Numbered from the stretch's first letter, positions 54,780 to 64,000 are shown. The stretch: DNA of 64,000 nucleotides from Spirochaetota bacterium (GCA_003247225.1 QKAK01000028.1:7289-71288); one strand, 5' to 3'. Notes: generated by a model not told the origin, from the letters alone. Numbers and translations: made by a program.

Positions 54780-55697
54780 ATGGCTAAAACCGTGTTCAGG
54801 CCCCAGGAGACCGTGCCCCTCTCGAGCGCCTACGTGCTCCACGCCCCCGGCGGCGACGACGTCGTCGAGGCCGTGGAGGCCGTCGCGCCCGCGCTCGAGT
54901 ACGAGGGGCCGACCGCAGACGACCTGCGCCGCGAGGCCGAGCTGTTCAGCCAGAACTGGGAGCGCGAGAAGGAGGCGATGATAGCCGCGGCGCGCGCGGA
55001 GGCGCAGGACATCGTCGCCAAGGCCGAGGCCGCCGCCTTCGAGGAGGTCAGGCGCAAGAACGACCAGGCCCTGAAGATACGCCGCGAGGCGGAGTCGGCG
55101 GCGGAGAAGGCCATCGCCGAGGCCGAGGCCAAGATCCAGGCCTTCGAGGCCCAGGCCAAGGCCCGGGTCGACGAGGTGACCAAGGAGGCCCGCAAGGAGG
55201 GCTTCGACCAGGGCCGCGAGGAGGGGTTCAAGGAGGGCAGGCTCGAGGTCGAGCGCCTCGTCGACCGGCTCCACGTGATACTCGACCGCGCGATGGACAA
55301 GCGCGCCGAGATCCTCGAGCAGACCGAGGCCCAGGTCGTCGAGCTGGTGCTGCTGATAGCGCGCAAGGTCGTCAAGACGATATCGGAGAACCAGAAGAAC
55401 GTCGTGCTGTCGAACATCTCCCAGGCCCTGCGCAAGCTCAAGACCCGCAGCGACGTGATCGTCCGCGTCAACCTGGCCGACCTCCAGCTGACCACCGAGC
55501 ACGCCAAGGACTTCATCGAGGCCGCCGAGAACGCCAAGAAGCTGTCTATCGTCGAGGACTCGTCGGTGGACCGCGGCGGCTGCGTCATAGAGACGGACTT
55601 CGGCGAGATCGACGCGAGGATCCAGAGCCAGCTCCACGAGCTCGAGGAGAAGATCCTCGACATATCGCCGATCAAGGCGCGCGGGAAGGCGCAGTAG
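54780..55697 (+). CDS. fliH: flagellar assembly protein FliH
   Basis: Glu/Ala-rich coiled coil followed by the FliH C-terminal domain (DSSVDRGGCVIETDFGEIDARIQSQL). Confidence 0.75.
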   Translation: MAKTVFRPQETVPLSSAYVLHAPGGDDVVEAVEAVAPALEYEGPTADDLRREAELFSQNWEREKEAMIAAARAEAQDIVAKAEAAAFEEVRRKNDQALKIRREAESAAEKAIAEAEAKIQAFEAQAKARVDEVTKEARKEGFDQGREEGFKEGRLEVERLVDRLHVILDRAMDKRAEILEQTEAQVVELVLLIARKVVKTISENQKNVVLSNISQALRKLKTRSDVIVRVNLADLQLTTEHAKDFIEAAENAKKLSIVEDSSVDRGGCVIETDFGEIDARIQSQLHELEEKILDISPIKARGKAQ

Positions 55698-55700
55698 GCC

Positions 55701-57131
55701 GTGGACCTCATAGCGAAGTACCTCGACGCGGTCGAGCGCTCGGACCCGATCAAGTACACCGGCCGCGTCGTCAAGGTGCAGGGCCTCCTCGTCGAGAGCC
55801 GAGGGCCCCAGGCCGTCGTCGGCGAGCTGTGCCAGATACTGATCCCGAGGCTCGGCAAGGTGGCCTGGGCCGAGGTGGCCGGGCTGCGCGGCGAGACCGT
55901 GCAGCTGATGTCGTACTCCGGACTCGACGGCATCGAGGTCGGCTGCACGGTCATAGCGACCGGCGAGATGCTGCGCGTGCCGGTCTCCGACAAGCTGCTC
56001 GGGCGCGTGCTCGACTCGATGGGCCGCCCGTCCGACGGGAAGGGCGATATCGCGTCGCCCGATTTCTACCCGGCGGTGGCCGTCCCGCCCGACGCTATGA
56101 CCCGCAAGCGCATCAGGACGCGCATCAGCTCGGGCGTCCGCTCGATCGACGGCCTCCTGCCGCTCGGCCGCGGCCAGCGCATCGGCATCTTCGCCGGCTC
56201 GGGCGTCGGCAAGTCGACCCTGCTCGGCATGATGGCGCGCAACACGAACGCCGACGTCAACGTCATAGCGCTGATAGGCGAGCGCGGCCGCGAGGTCCGC
56301 GAGTTCATCGAGAACGACCTCGGGCCCGAGGGCCTGGCGCGCTCTGTGCTGATCGTGTCGACCTCGGACACGCCGCCGCTGGCCAGGCTCCGCGGCGCCT
56401 ACGTGGCGACCGCCGTCGCCGAGTACTTCCGCGACCGCGGCCTCGACGTGCTCCTGCTGTTCGACTCGGTCACGCGCTTCGCGAGGGCCCAGCGCGAGAT
56501 AGGGCTGGCGATCGGCGAGCCGCCGACCACGAGGGGCTACACCCCGAGCGTGTTCGACTCGATGCCGAAGCTGCTCGAGCGCTCGGGCACCTCGGACAAG
56601 GGCTCGGTCACCGGCGTCTACACGATACTCGTCGACGGCGACGACATGGACGAGCCGGTGGCCGACACGGTGCGCGGCATCCTCGACGGCCACGTCGTGC
56701 TGTCGCGCAAGCTGGCGGAGCGCTACCATTACCCGGCCGTCGACGCGCTCAAGTCGATCTCGAGGCTGTCCCAGGCCGTAACCGGGCCGATTACCCAGAA
56801 GGCGATGGGCGTGGTCAGGCGGCTGATGGCCACCTACGACGAGGCCGAGGACATGATCAACATCGGCGCGTACGTGAAGGGGACCAATCCGGCCATAGAC
56901 GAGGCCATAGCCAAGCGCGCGGCGATAGAGGAATTCCTGATCCAGGGCGTCGGCGAGAAGGCCCCGATATCGGATACGATCAAGCGGCTCGGCGACATAG
57001 CCGGGCTCGCCATACCGGCGAGCGAGCTGACCGACTTCGCCGAGCCGGCGCGGGCGGCCGCCGCGCCGCGAGGCGACCGAGACGGCGGAGCGGCGGGCGG
57101 CGCCGCCTCCGACGACGAGGCGGCGCCGTGA
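55701..57131 (+). CDS. fliI: flagellum-specific ATPase FliI
   Basis: GTG start. Walker A GSGVGKST, Walker B-like LLFDSVTRFA, YPAVDALKSISR. Confidence 0.95.
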   Translation: MDLIAKYLDAVERSDPIKYTGRVVKVQGLLVESRGPQAVVGELCQILIPRLGKVAWAEVAGLRGETVQLMSYSGLDGIEVGCTVIATGEMLRVPVSDKLLGRVLDSMGRPSDGKGDIASPDFYPAVAVPPDAMTRKRIRTRISSGVRSIDGLLPLGRGQRIGIFAGSGVGKSTLLGMMARNTNADVNVIALIGERGREVREFIENDLGPEGLARSVLIVSTSDTPPLARLRGAYVATAVAEYFRDRGLDVLLLFDSVTRFARAQREIGLAIGEPPTTRGYTPSVFDSMPKLLERSGTSDKGSVTGVYTILVDGDDMDEPVADTVRGILDGHVVLSRKLAERYHYPAVDALKSISRLSQAVTGPITQKAMGVVRRLMATYDEAEDMINIGAYVKGTNPAIDEAIAKRAAIEEFLIQGVGEKAPISDTIKRLGDIAGLAIPASELTDFAEPARAAAAPRGDRDGGAAGGAASDDEAAP

Positions 57132-57568
57132 GGCGCTTCGCGTTCAGGCTGGAGCGCGTGCTCGAGCTGCGCGAATACGACGAGAAGAGGGCGGAGGCGG
57201 CGCTGGGCGAGAAGACGGCCGCCTGCTCCCGCCTGACCCTGGCGCTCGAGGCGAACGCCCGCGCCTCGGTCGAGGCCGCCAGGGAGCGTTTCAGGCCGGG
57301 CGGCGACGCGTCCGACCACCGGGCCGGCGAGCTGTACGCGGTCAGGCTGTCGCAGGAGCGCGAGCGGCTGCTCAAGGCGCTGGCGGCAGCCGAGCTCGAG
57401 CGCGAGGCGGCCCGCGCCGACTACCTCGAGGCGACCAAGGCCCGCCGCCTCGTCACCAAGTTGAGGGAACGCGAGGAGGCCGTGTACTATAGGGCGGTCG
57501 CCCGAGAAGAGACGAAGATGATGGACGACCTGGCCGCCGGGGCGCACGCCCGGGCCGACGCACACTGA
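57128..57568 (+). CDS. fliJ: flagellar export chaperone FliJ (FlbA of Borrelia nomenclature)
   Basis: GTG start overlapping the fliI stop. The 146-aa coiled coil begins FRLERVLELREYDEKRAEAALGE. Confidence 0.7.
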   Translation: MRRFAFRLERVLELREYDEKRAEAALGEKTAACSRLTLALEANARASVEAARERFRPGGDASDHRAGELYAVRLSQERERLLKALAAAELEREAARADYLEATKARRLVTKLREREEAVYYRAVAREETKMMDDLAAGAHARADAH

Positions 57569-57592
57569 GTGACTGGAACGTAGAGGGGCAGT

Positions 57593-58225
57593 ATGGCATC
57601 GTTCGGTAAGAGGCGCGTATTCGGCAGGGTAGTCGTCATGCTCATCATGATCCTCGCCCTCGCCATAGGCGGCATGTTCTGGTTCGATTACCTCGGCATC
57701 GTCGACGCGAAGGACTTCTTCGCGCCGGTCCTGAGGCTCGCCGGCCTCAGGACGCGCAGCGGAGAGGCCCTGCCGGCCGATTCCCCGACGCTGCTCGACG
57801 ACGAGCGCTTCGCGAAGCAGCTCGGCGCGGTCGAGGCGATGCGGCAGGAGCTGACCGAGCGCGAGCGGCAGGCCGAGGAACGGCAGGCGGCGGTCGAGGC
57901 GATGGCCCAGGAGATCGAGGATAGGGCCAGGGATCTCGACGAACGCGAGATTTCATTCAAACAATTGACCGAACAGTACGAGAATAGAAGAGCGAACGTC
58001 GAACAGAACGCCAAGTACCTGACCGGCATGCCGCCGGCCGACGCCGTGAAGATACTCGCGGCGTCCGACGACCAGACGGTCATCGACGTGCTGAGGGCCG
58101 TGGAGGAATTGGCCGCCAAGTCGGGCGAATCCTCCGTCGTCGCGTATTGGCTGTCGCTGCTGCCCGCGGAGCGTTCCGCGACGCTGCAGCGCAAGATGAA
58201 CGAGAAACCAGCGTCGCTGGACTAG
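57593..58225 (+). CDS. flbB: FlbB-like flagellar protein (MgtE_N/MotE-like domain, single N-terminal TM)
   Basis: TM VVVMLIMILALAIGGMFWF, a coiled coil, then GMPPADAVKILAASDDQTVIDVL. The position matches Borrelia flbB and B. subtilis ylxF. Confidence 0.6.
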   Translation: MASFGKRRVFGRVVVMLIMILALAIGGMFWFDYLGIVDAKDFFAPVLRLAGLRTRSGEALPADSPTLLDDERFAKQLGAVEAMRQELTERERQAEERQAAVEAMAQEIEDRARDLDEREISFKQLTEQYENRRANVEQNAKYLTGMPPADAVKILAASDDQTVIDVLRAVEELAAKSGESSVVAYWLSLLPAERSATLQRKMNEKPASLD

Positions 58226-58286
58226 CGCCCGAACCGGCTCCCCGCGAGCGGTCCGGCCTGGCCGGACGCGGAAGGAGCCCGCATAC

Positions 58287-59549
58287 ATGCTGGCGCTAAC
58301 ACGTATCGTAGCCGCCCAGGGAGCCCAGGGGGCGTCGCCCCCGAAGGCCGACTCCGGCAAGGCGGCGAGCGTACAGGACAATCCATTCACCAGGCTGCTG
58401 GCCGCGGCCGAGCGAGGTCGCGGAGCCTCCCGAGCGGGGGCTGACGGCGCCGTCGCGTCCCGCGGCGCGGGAGCCGCCCTGCGGGCCGCGCCGGCTCGCG
58501 CCGCCGTAGCCGGGAGGAACGCCGCGGAACGGGGCGCCCCGGGTAACGCCGCGACGCCGAACGGAGACGCTGCGGCGCGGGCCAAGGCCGCCGCCGCGAA
58601 GCGAGGCGCCGACGGCACGAACGGGCCCGCCGCCAAGACCACCGACGGGACTCCGGCCTCGAACGCCGCCGCTAAGCGCCGAGCCGCCGCGGGCGACGCC
58701 TCGCCGGCCCGCGATAACGCCTCAGTCCTGGCGGCGAGCGCCGCCCAGTCCGCCTCCGGTACCCCGCCGGCGAAACCGGCGCAGGTTTCGCCGAACGGCG
58801 CCTCCGACCGGCAGCGCGCCGGCGGGGAGAACGGCTCGTCGGGGATCGAGACCGTAGGCGTCGGTACCGAGCGGCGCGCCGACGGCGCGAAGGTAACCGT
58901 GGTGGACCTCCGGCTCAAGGCTAATCGCGGAGCCGCCTCGAGGCGTGAGGCCGGCGACGCGGGCGACGAGCGCGGCGGGCTAGCGTCCGCCGCCAAGCCG
59001 TCCGGCGGCTCTGATGCCGCGAACCCGGGCATCGCGATCGGAAAACCGCTCGCCGACGCGGCCGAGAGCGTCCCCCAGGCCAAGGAAGCCGCTCCGGCGA
59101 CGACCCGGCCTACGGCCGAGGGCCTGGCGTCCAGGCTGCGCGAAGGCGCCGCCGACATCGTCCGCTCGGCCCAGGTCGTCCTGCGCGGAGGCGATTCGGG
59201 CGTCATTCGGCTCCGGTTGGAGCCCGAATCGCTCGGAGGCGTCAAGATCGAGCTTAAAATGGCCGAAAAGCAAATTAGCGGCAAGATAGTCGTAGAGTCG
59301 GATATAGCCGGCGAGGCCTTCCGATCGTCGCTCGATTCGCTCAAGGACGCGTTCGCCGAATGCGGCTTCGAGACGAGCGCGCTGGAGGTCGAGGTCCGGA
59401 ACGGCATGGCCTCCGGGCACGGCGACGGCCAGGCCGGCGGGGAGCGCGACGAGGGGCCCTATTGGAGCCGCTCGCTGCGCGAGCTCGACGCGGCGGTACC
59501 GCGATTGGCGGGAGCGGGCCGCGACGGCCTGCTCGACGTAGTGGTGTAA
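58287..59549 (+). CDS. fliK: flagellar hook-length control protein FliK (FlbC/Tap1-like)
   Basis: The Ala/Gly/Pro-rich ruler region is followed by the Flg_hook domain RLRLEPESLGGVKIELKMAEKQISGKIVVES. Confidence 0.7.
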   Translation: MLALTRIVAAQGAQGASPPKADSGKAASVQDNPFTRLLAAAERGRGASRAGADGAVASRGAGAALRAAPARAAVAGRNAAERGAPGNAATPNGDAAARAKAAAAKRGADGTNGPAAKTTDGTPASNAAAKRRAAAGDASPARDNASVLAASAAQSASGTPPAKPAQVSPNGASDRQRAGGENGSSGIETVGVGTERRADGAKVTVVDLRLKANRGAASRREAGDAGDERGGLASAAKPSGGSDAANPGIAIGKPLADAAESVPQAKEAAPATTRPTAEGLASRLREGAADIVRSAQVVLRGGDSGVIRLRLEPESLGGVKIELKMAEKQISGKIVVESDIAGEAFRSSLDSLKDAFAECGFETSALEVEVRNGMASGHGDGQAGGERDEGPYWSRSLRELDAAVPRLAGAGRDGLLDVVV

Positions 59550-59564
59550 GGTAAGGAGCGATCG

Positions 59565-59999
59565 ATGGATATAGACCTTCGGATGAGCCAGGCGGACGCG
59601 GCCAGGACCAGCTACCAGGTGGACGCCCTGAACAAGGAGCTGTCCGGCGGGAAGGCTTTCAAGACCGAGCTGGACAAGGACGACTTCCTCAAGATCCTGA
59701 TCACCCAGCTCCAGCACCAGGACCCGACCAACCCGATGCAGGACAAGGAGTTCATCGCGCAGATGGCCCAGTTCTCGTCGCTCGAGCAGATGACCAACAT
59801 GGCGACGAGCTTCGGCAAGCTGTCGACCGTGCTCAACTCCAGCGAGGCCCAGTCGCTGCTCGGCCGCACCGTCGAGGTGCTCGACGGCGATAAGGCGATC
59901 TTCGGCAAGGTGTCGCAGGTCGTGCGCGGCGAATTCCCGCTCGTCATGGTCAACGGTTCGTTCTACGACCTCGACCAGGTCAGCAAAGTCGAAGAGTAA
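59565..59999 (+). CDS. flgD: flagellar hook capping protein FlgD
   Basis: DDFLKILITQLQHQDPTNPMQDKEFIAQMAQFSSLEQM. Confidence 0.9.
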   Translation: MDIDLRMSQADAARTSYQVDALNKELSGGKAFKTELDKDDFLKILITQLQHQDPTNPMQDKEFIAQMAQFSSLEQMTNMATSFGKLSTVLNSSEAQSLLGRTVEVLDGDKAIFGKVSQVVRGEFPLVMVNGSFYDLDQVSKVEE

Positions 60000-60011
60000 G
60001 GAGGCGCCGTT

Positions 60012-61403
60012 ATGATGCGCTCGTTGTATTCAGGCGTCGCCGGCCTCCAGAACCACCAGGTCCGCATGGACGTGCTCGGCAACAACATCGCCAACGTGAA
60101 CACCACCGGCTTCAAGAAGGGCCGCGCTAACTTCCAGGACCTGCTGTACCAGCAGATGTCCGGCGCCGCGAAGCCGACCGAGGAGGTCGGCGGCATCAAC
60201 CCGAAGGAGATCGGCCTCGGCATGTCGATCGCGTCGATCGACACGATCCATACCCAGGGCTCCCTCCAGACGACCGGCGTGATGACCGACCTGGCCATCC
60301 AGGGCTCCGGCTTCTTCGTGCTGGCCAAGGGCGACGCGACCCTGTACACCAGGGCCGGAGCCTTCGGCCTCGACGCCGAGGGCCGCCTGGTCAACCCGGG
60401 CAACGGCCTGCGCGTGCAGGGCTGGAACGCCGAGGTCATCAACGGCGTCGAGGTGCTCAACACCTCCGGCGCCCTCGAGGACCTGGTCATCCCGGTCGGC
60501 TCCAAGGACCCGGCCCGCGCGACCGAGCAGGTCTTCATGGCCTGTAACCTCGACAAGCGCATCCCGGAGATCCCCGAGGGCGCGGCGGCCGAGACGGTCC
60601 GGCAGGGCACCTGGCGCGTCGAGGAGAAGATCTACGACTCCTTCGGCACCGAGCATACGCTGCGCGTCGAGTTCACGCGGGTCGCCGGGCAGCCGAACCA
60701 GTGGCAGGCGACCGTGTCCGTGGACCCCGAGGCGGCCGCCGCGACGAACGCCGCCGTCGGCCTGGACCCGGCCGCCCTCGAGGGGAACACCTTCATAGTC
60801 GAGTTCGACAACCTGGGCACGCTGCGCAGGCTGACCGACGGCCAGGGCAACCCGTCCGGCGAGGAGGGCCTCCTGGCGATGAACGTGGCCTTCGACGTGG
60901 CGGACACCACCGCCGGCGAGGGCGGCGAGCAGGTCAGGCAGACCTTCGCGCTCAACCTCGGCGTCGCGGGCAGCGTCAGGAACACCGTCACCCAGTTCGC
61001 CGAGGCCTCGAGCACCAAGGTGTTCGAGCAGGACGGCTACGGCATGGGCTACCTCGAGAACTTCAAGATCGACCAGTCCGGCATGATCACGGCCGTGTAC
61101 TCGAACGGCTCGACGAGGACCCTCGGCCAGGTCGCGCTCGCGACCTTCACCAACCCGAACGGCCTCGAGAAGTCCGGCGAGACGAACTTCGTCGCGTCGA
61201 ACAACTCCGGCATGGCCAACATCGGGCCCTCGGGCATAGCCGGCAAGGGCAAGCTGATAGCCGGCGCCCTCGAGATGTCGAACGTCGACCTGGCCGAGCA
61301 GTTCACCGACATGATCGTGACGCAGCGCGGCTTCCAGGCCAACTCGAAGACCATACAGACCTCGGATCAGATGCTCCAGGAGCTGATGACCCTGAAGCGA
61401 TAA
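60012..61403 (+). CDS. flgE: flagellar hook protein FlgE
   Basis: [35 protein letters not shown]; C-terminal [30 protein letters not shown]165 and C178 are present. Confidence 0.95.
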   Translation: MMRSLYSGVAGLQNHQVRMDVLGNNIANVNTTGFKKGRANFQDLLYQQMSGAAKPTEEVGGINPKEIGLGMSIASIDTIHTQGSLQTTGVMTDLAIQGSGFFVLAKGDATLYTRAGAFGLDAEGRLVNPGNGLRVQGWNAEVINGVEVLNTSGALEDLVIPVGSKDPARATEQVFMACNLDKRIPEIPEGAAAETVRQGTWRVEEKIYDSFGTEHTLRVEFTRVAGQPNQWQATVSVDPEAAAATNAAVGLDPAALEGNTFIVEFDNLGTLRRLTDGQGNPSGEEGLLAMNVAFDVADTTAGEGGEQVRQTFALNLGVAGSVRNTVTQFAEASSTKVFEQDGYGMGYLENFKIDQSGMITAVYSNGSTRTLGQVALATFTNPNGLEKSGETNFVASNNSGMANIGPSGIAGKGKLIAGALEMSNVDLAEQFTDMIVTQRGFQANSKTIQTSDQMLQELMTLKR

Positions 61404-61432
61404 TCCGGGCGTGACGGCTCGCGGAGGTGACG

Positions 61433-61630
61433 ATGATCGAATTGACCAGGCTTTCCGGGGACGGGTTCTGGCTGAACCCCCATCAGATCGAGTATATTGA
61501 GCGCACGCCCGATACGTCGATCGCGATGCTGTCCGGGAAGCGCGTCATCGTCCGCGAGGGCGTCCAGGACGTACTGCGCAAGATAGTGGAATACCGCCGC
61601 CAGATCGGCGCGTTCAAGAACGAGGAGTAG
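61433..61630 (+). CDS. flbD: flagellar protein FlbD
   Basis: MIELTRLSGDGFWLNPHQIEYIERTPDT. ATG 61433 lies 5 nt after GGAGG; the ORF track begins at GTG 61427. Confidence 0.85.
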   Translation: MIELTRLSGDGFWLNPHQIEYIERTPDTSIAMLSGKRVIVREGVQDVLRKIVEYRRQIGAFKNEE

Positions 61631-61633
61631 GGC

Positions 61634-62416
61634 ATGGATCTCGCTTCCATCATCGGCCTCGCGGCCGGTATGTTCTGTATCATCGCCTCCATGTACGCCT
61701 CGGGCGGCGTGGTCACGACCTACCTCGACCCGGCGTCCGCCCTGATGACCATAGGCGGCTCGTTCTTCGCGCTGATGCTCAACTACAGCATCAAGGAGAT
61801 GCTCGGCATGTTCAACATCCTCGGCCGGGCCTTCAAGGTCCCGGACTTCGGGGAGATGAAGATAGCCGAGTCGCTGCTGTCGCTGTCGGAGCGCGCCCGC
61901 CGCGAGGGCATCCTGTCCCTCGAGGAGGAGATCGAGAGCGTCGACAGCGCGTTCATGAAGCGGGGCCTCCGGATGGTGGTCGACTCGACCGACCCCGAGG
62001 TCATCAAGAGCATCCTCGAGACCGAGCTGTCGCAGATGAACGAGCGCCACGGCCGCTGGCTCAAGATGATCGACCAATGGGCCAAGCTGGCCCCGGGCAT
62101 GGGCATGCTCGGTACCGTCCAGGGCCTCATCGCGATGATGAAGAACCTAGAGGACAAGAGCCGCATCGGCCCGAACATGGCCGTGGCCCTGATCACGACG
62201 TACTACGGCGCTATGATGGCGAACTTCCTGCTTACCCCGATGATGGGCAAGCTGGCCAACCACGACGCGGCGGAGACGAAGGTCCGCGAGATGGTCATCG
62301 AGGGCGTCCTGTCGATCCAGCAGGGCGACAACCCGCACATCCTCCAGATGAAGCTCTCCTCCTATCTGTCTCCCGAGAGCCAGAAGAAGCTGGAAGAGCT
62401 GCATCCGCAGTCATAA
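61634..62416 (+). CDS. motA: flagellar stator protein MotA
   Basis: 4 TM. GMLGTVQGLIAMM, ALITTYYGAMMANFLLTPM. Confidence 0.95.
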   Translation: MDLASIIGLAAGMFCIIASMYASGGVVTTYLDPASALMTIGGSFFALMLNYSIKEMLGMFNILGRAFKVPDFGEMKIAESLLSLSERARREGILSLEEEIESVDSAFMKRGLRMVVDSTDPEVIKSILETELSQMNERHGRWLKMIDQWAKLAPGMGMLGTVQGLIAMMKNLEDKSRIGPNMAVALITTYYGAMMANFLLTPMMGKLANHDAAETKVREMVIEGVLSIQQGDNPHILQMKLSSYLSPESQKKLEELHPQS

Positions 62417-62428
62417 GGCGGCGTAGGC

Positions 62429-63160
62429 ATGGCGCGCAAGAAGAAAGAGGCCGCCCTCGGCGGCACCGGAGAATGGATCGTCACCTATAGCGACATGGTC
62501 ACGCTGCTCCTGTGCTTCTTCGTGGCCCTCTTCGATACGACCGAGGTGGACGTGGTCCAGCTCAACCAGATGATATCCAGCCTGAACAACATAGGCATGG
62601 GCGCGTCGACCGGCGGCAATACCCTGTCGGTAGGGCGCATGGCCGAGCTCGGGAACTCCATCAACAGCCTGCCGTCGATGGAGAAGGGCAAGATGCTCGC
62701 TACGGCCAAGAAGAAGGCCGTGTCGCTGTTCCAGCCTGAGATCAAGTCGAACAAGGTCAGGGTCAGCTCCGACGAGCGCGGCATCGTCATATCCCTCGCC
62801 TCCGACGCGTTCTTCAAGCCCGCGAGCGCCGACATCAACATCGACGAGACCCGATCGATGCTCGTCAGGCTGTCCGAGCTGCTCAAGTCGGACGAGCTCG
62901 AGGGGCGCAAGTTCAGGATCGAGGGCCATACCGACTCGTCGCCGACCGACCCGACGGGGCCGTGGCAGTCGAACTGGGAATTATCGGCGGCGAGGGCGCT
63001 CGGCGTGCTACACTACCTGAGCGACTTCGGGGTGCCGGAGGCGCGTTTCCAGGTGTCCGGCCTCGCGGCCACGATGCCGATAGCCGACGACTCGACCGCC
63101 GAGGGGCGGGCGTACAATAGGCGCGTCGATATTATAATACTGGACGAGGGCCATCTGTGA
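62429..63160 (+). CDS. motB: flagellar stator protein MotB
   Basis: WIVTYSDMVTLLLCFF contains the plug/TM with the conserved Asp. The C-terminal OmpA-like domain reads GHTDSSP...NWELSAARA...NRRVDIIIL. Confidence 0.9.
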   Translation: MARKKKEAALGGTGEWIVTYSDMVTLLLCFFVALFDTTEVDVVQLNQMISSLNNIGMGASTGGNTLSVGRMAELGNSINSLPSMEKGKMLATAKKKAVSLFQPEIKSNKVRVSSDERGIVISLASDAFFKPASADINIDETRSMLVRLSELLKSDELEGRKFRIEGHTDSSPTDPTGPWQSNWELSAARALGVLHYLSDFGVPEARFQVSGLAATMPIADDSTAEGRAYNRRVDIIILDEGHL

Positions 63161-63179
63161 TGACCGGAGGTAGCGATAC

Positions 63180-63734
63180 ATGAGCGACGAAGATTTCGAC
63201 AAGGGCGGGCCCGATTTCAGCGATTCCCCGGAGATCGCGGACAAGCCGAAGGGCAAGGGCGGCGGCAAGGCCATACTCGGCCTCCTCAAGTGGATCGGCA
63301 TAGGCCTCGGCGCGGTCATCTTCATCATCGTCATCGTCGTCGTCACCGTCAGCCTCCTTAACCGGCAGGCCAAGCCGATGACGACCGTGCCGACCTCGGA
63401 GGAATACCAGCGCGCGACCCCGATCTGGGCCACGTTCACGTCGATCGACCAGATCACGACGAGCACGATCGACAAGGAGCCGTGGTCGGTGATGATCAAG
63501 CTGAACCTGGCCTACGACGAGGCCGACAAGGACATCCAGACCGAGCTGACCTCGCGCAAGTACCAGATCCAGGACGCCCTGCGCAATTTCTTCAGCATGA
63601 AGGCCATCAAGGACCTTATGCCCAACCGCGAGCAGGAGCTCAAGGAGGAGCTGCGGGAGATGCTCAACCGCATGCTGTCGAAACCGGCGATCAAGGACGT
63701 GTACTTCCAGACCTTCTCGCGCAACCAGATGTAG
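63180..63734 (+). CDS. fliL: flagellar basal body-associated protein FliL
   Basis: Single TM (IGIGLGAVIFIIVIVVVTV) and FliL C-terminal pattern (IQDALRNFFS...LNRML...IKDVYFQTF). Confidence 0.85.
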   Translation: MSDEDFDKGGPDFSDSPEIADKPKGKGGGKAILGLLKWIGIGLGAVIFIIVIVVVTVSLLNRQAKPMTTVPTSEEYQRATPIWATFTSIDQITTSTIDKEPWSVMIKLNLAYDEADKDIQTELTSRKYQIQDALRNFFSMKAIKDLMPNREQELKEELREMLNRMLSKPAIKDVYFQTFSRNQM

Positions 63735-63740
63735 CGCTAC

Positions 63741-63797
63741 CGCGGCGCGGGCATTCCCGCGCCGCGAGCGGTCGCGCGGCGCTAGCGGCCGCGCGAC
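63741..63797 (+). promoter_or_regulatory. two perfect GC-rich hairpins in the fliL-fliM spacer
   Basis: CGCGGCGCGGG-catt-CCCGCGCCGCG (63741..63766) and GTCGCGCGGC-gctagcg-GCCGCGCGAC (63771..63797). Confidence 0.5.
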
Positions 63798-63845
63798 GTT
63801 GCTAAAAGCGTTTTTCTATGCAATGATAGCAGGCGGAGTGAACAG

Positions 63846-64000
63846 ATGACCGAAGTCCTGTCCCAGGACGAGATAGACCAGCTCCTCACCGCCATCAACG
63901 CCGGCGACACGTCGCTCGAGACGGTGCAGTCGGCTACCGACTCGCGCAAGATCAAGATCTACGACTTCAGGCGCCCCGACAAGTTCTCCAAGGAGCAGAT
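63846..64000 (+). CDS. fliM: flagellar motor switch protein FliM, N-terminal fragment (runs off window)
   Basis: MTEVLSQDEIDQLLTAINAG is the CheY-P-binding LSQxEIDxLL motif; then KIKIYDFRRPDKFSKEQ. Confidence 0.9.
   Translation, partial: MTEVLSQDEIDQLLTAINAGDTSLETVQSATDSRKIKIYDFRRPDKFSKEQ

Noticed and set aside
54729-56729. 666-aa ORF antisense to fliH/fliI. Similar long antisense ORFs lie over topA (45719..47347), fliF (51455..53053), ftsA (39760..41163) and elsewhere.
   Set aside because: All are shadow frames opposite strongly supported genes, with biased composition.

Overview
This is a GC-rich chromosomal segment; by eye, third codon positions are almost all G/C, which creates many long spurious antisense or off-frame ORFs. 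Gene order points to a spirochete: hslV-hslU-flgB-flgC-fliE-fliF-fliG-fliH-fliI-fliJ-flbB-fliK-flgD-flgE-flbD-motA-motB-fliL-fliM matches the Borrelia/Treponema flgB motility operon, and FlgE keeps the K165/C178 lysinoalanine cross-link pair. No transposase, prophage, CRISPR array or recognisable defence island was seen.

Content, left to right:
- 1-9 kb: a HAD phosphatase, an m5C RNA methyltransferase, an nrdR-nrdD-nrdG anaerobic RNR operon, then miaA, an rpoZ-like gene, zapA, a zapB-like gene and infC-rpmI-rplT.
- 9-20 kb: tRNA-Pro and tRNA-Arg, an EF-G paralog, the large helicase Lhr, and PcrA/UvrD.
- 20-33 kb: a MarR unit, rlmM, a 973-aa TPR protein, an RsbU/RsbV/RsbW-type partner-switching module, a PilZ-like protein, and an HD / PP-loop / ComFB operon.
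- 33.5-64 kb: an unbroken plus-strand block of about 30 kb. It runs through a compact dcw cluster (mraZ-rsmH-ftsL-murF-mraY-ftsW-ftsQ-ftsA-ftsZ), then xerD, a TPR lipoprotein, dprA, topA, xerC and hslVU, into the flagellar operon.

The most unusual locus is the class III ribonucleotide reductase. The nrdD ORF ends just after its Zn site and lacks the glycyl-radical motif. That motif sits on a separate downstream ORF with its own SD, fused to a thioredoxin-fold domain with a CPNC site. Second in interest are long palindromic elements built from 8-bp CACGGAGN units that bracket flgB, one of them inside the flagellar operon. Other observations: tandem NrdR boxes, a MraZ-box array, a near-consensus sigma28 promoter before flgB, a recurrent leaderless-promoter geometry, and several short tandem repeats.
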